This document shows, in pieces, positions 62,442 through 64,000 of a stretch of DNA of 64,000 nt. Both the position numbers and the translations under genes were made by a program. The notes under the pieces are model-generated. The model did no database searches and had not been told where the DNA came from. It saw only the letters and a program-made list of their open reading frames with translations. This DNA comes from Camelus dromedarius (taxonomy: Eukaryota), in contig NC_087455.1 in the NCBI RefSeq assembly GCF_036321535.1, positions 10,602,001 through 10,666,000 on the forward strand. Direction: 5' to 3'. Every line of letters starts with the position of its first letter. The stretch's first letter is position 1.

Positions 62442-62494
62442 CACACATAACTGAATCACTATGCGTTACACCAGGAAATAATACATTGTAAATC
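62289..62494 (+). mobile_element. Cetartiodactyl-type L1 3' end (tail lost in gap) with internal (CA)n
   Basis: agacacaaactactaggtacagaatagataaacacaagtcctgctgaatagcacagggaac...ataactgaatcactatgcgttacacc..cattgtaaatc. Confidence 0.88.
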
Positions 62495-62630
62495 NNNNNN
62501 NNNNNNNNNNNNNNNNNNNNNNNNNNNNNNNNNNNNNNNNNNNNNNNNNNNNNNNNNNNNNNNNNNNNNNNNNNNNNNNNNNNNNNNNNNNNNNNNNNNN
62601 NNNNNNNNNNNNNNNNNNNNNNNNNNNNNN
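62495..62630. other. Assembly gap (136 N)
   Basis: N run. Confidence 0.99.
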
Positions 62631-64000
62631 TTCCTAGAGCCTTCCGAGAGAGCATGGCCCTGCCGACACCTTGATTTGGGGCTTCTAGCCTCCAGAACTG
62701 TGGGAGAATCAGTGACTGTTGTCGTAAGCCGCGCACTTGCGGGGAGGCATTTTAAGGCAGCCCTAGGAAGCTAACGCAGCATCTTGTAAATATGCTCCCC
62801 GGTGCACGCCCCAACCCTGCAAAGGTAAAATTCTTGTTCTCACTCTCCGGATGGGAAATAGATGACCCCTGCTCCCATTCACACAGCCAGCCAGTAAGCG
62901 GCAAAGCTGAGATCCAATCCAAGTCTGACTCCATCCAGAAAACAGGTTCTTTACACGCTGGGCTGAGCAGTCACCCTCTTTTTACAGAACGAACGCAAAA
63001 AAAGGAGGCAAAGCAGCACCTGAAAGAAAGTCCTGCTGCCTAAAGGCCTCTGGCAGCTCTTCCGTCAGAAAGGATTTCTGGGAAGCTCTGGGTACCAGGC
63101 GGAGAGGGACTGGCGACCAACTGCTTCTAAGAACAAACAAAAGCCATTGCAGGCTTAATTCCAAAGTTGTAAATGGATTTTTTTATTGCTGGGACCATCC
63201 CATCTCTGATATATGTCCCATGATATGCAATCTGCAATCCTTATTTTTTTGCCCAGCACAAAGTCCTTTGCCTGAATCATTGTTATTATTATCCTTGGCT
63301 CAGATGCTAATAAGTTTACCTTCTGAACAGGCATTCTGGGCAAAAGATCCAAAACTCCTTAGCTGGTTGAGGCGCAGAACTTGGAACGCGGCATCTGGCG
63401 TGTAACTATTTTTAGCAGGAAAAAAGAGCCCATCTTGTCAGACTTTCATTTCGAGCTGAGACAGACTGGCCACAAGCACATACATAAAAGGGTGGGTCTG
63501 GGAGGAAGCCCATCGTCCTCGCGCTAATTCAGGGAGCCCCGCTGAGATGAATGCAGCCATTCAGTCTCTGGGGATGGGCTGTCCTTAAGGTTCCTCTCTC
63601 CCCTCGTTTCAAGGGAAACTTGGCCTATCTGGGCTCCCAAAACCACCGCGGCGTGGTTTCACGCAAGTTTTCTAAAGCGTCTATGAAAACAGGAGTTGTT
63701 TGCGTTATCATTTAAATTGCAAAGTACATCCCTGGCAGATCACAAACACCACGATGCTGGTGCTGCCAAACAGAAGAGAGGAGAAGCCGGCAGGCCCCGC
63801 TGTCCCAGCTGAAAATTAAAAGGTCTGTGCTTTGTGGCGGCTACTGCTTCTCCATATTACTGTTACTATTGTTATTGTAAATAATAATGAGTCTTTCTCA
63901 CCCAGAATCTTACAAGAGCCTCTCCCTCACGAAGGTCACATCCACCCTGGGCCTCTCCCTCATCTGGCCAACAAGAAACTAGACAAACAGGAAGAAGCCC

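Larger units (their letters stand above)
62076..62778 (+). mobile_element. MLT1B/C-like MaLR LTR split by an L1 3' end and a gap
   Basis: 5' part ttgaatagtgtccctccaaaattcatg...ggattagggtgggccctaaatccagtgactggcgtccttataagagg; 3' part gagcatggccctgccgacaccttgatttggggcttctagcctccagaactgtgggagaat...ggcagccctaggaagctaacgca. Confidence 0.92.

Noticed and set aside
40170-64000. Hypothesis that the TATA promoter is MIAT/Gomafu or SYNPO
   Set aside because: I found no tandem TACTAAC array downstream, no crystallin exons upstream and no SYNPO-like coding exon, so no gene symbol is assigned.

Overview
Mammalian genomic DNA from a GC-rich region. It is most likely camelid (Camelus/Vicugna/Lama), because it carries two vic-1-type tRNA-derived SINEs and cetartiodactyl-type L1 3' ends. 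I found no recognisable protein-coding exon, RNA gene or miRNA hairpin. The ORF track is dominated by chance ORFs in GC-rich, repetitive or gapped sequence, so the window looks intergenic or deep intronic. It is densely populated by ancient repeats (MIR, L2, L1M, MLT1 LTRs, MER5/MER58/Tigger1 DNA transposons), younger L1 3' ends with target-site duplications, microsatellites and four short N gaps (136-148 nt). The best non-repeat signal is a candidate + strand Pol II promoter at about 40.2-40.65 kb: a perfect TATAAAAG, near-perfect Maf site, GATA and CACCC/GC boxes, then an ATG-free stretch ending in CAG|GTGAGC. I could not assign it to a gene. Other points of interest are an 18-bp variant-repeat minisatellite inside a MER5A, repeat-free enhancer-like blocks, and GC-shifted L1ME fossils. 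I see no convincing evidence of a new biological system. Repeat names come from my recall of consensus sequences, and repeat boundaries are approximate unless TSDs are given.
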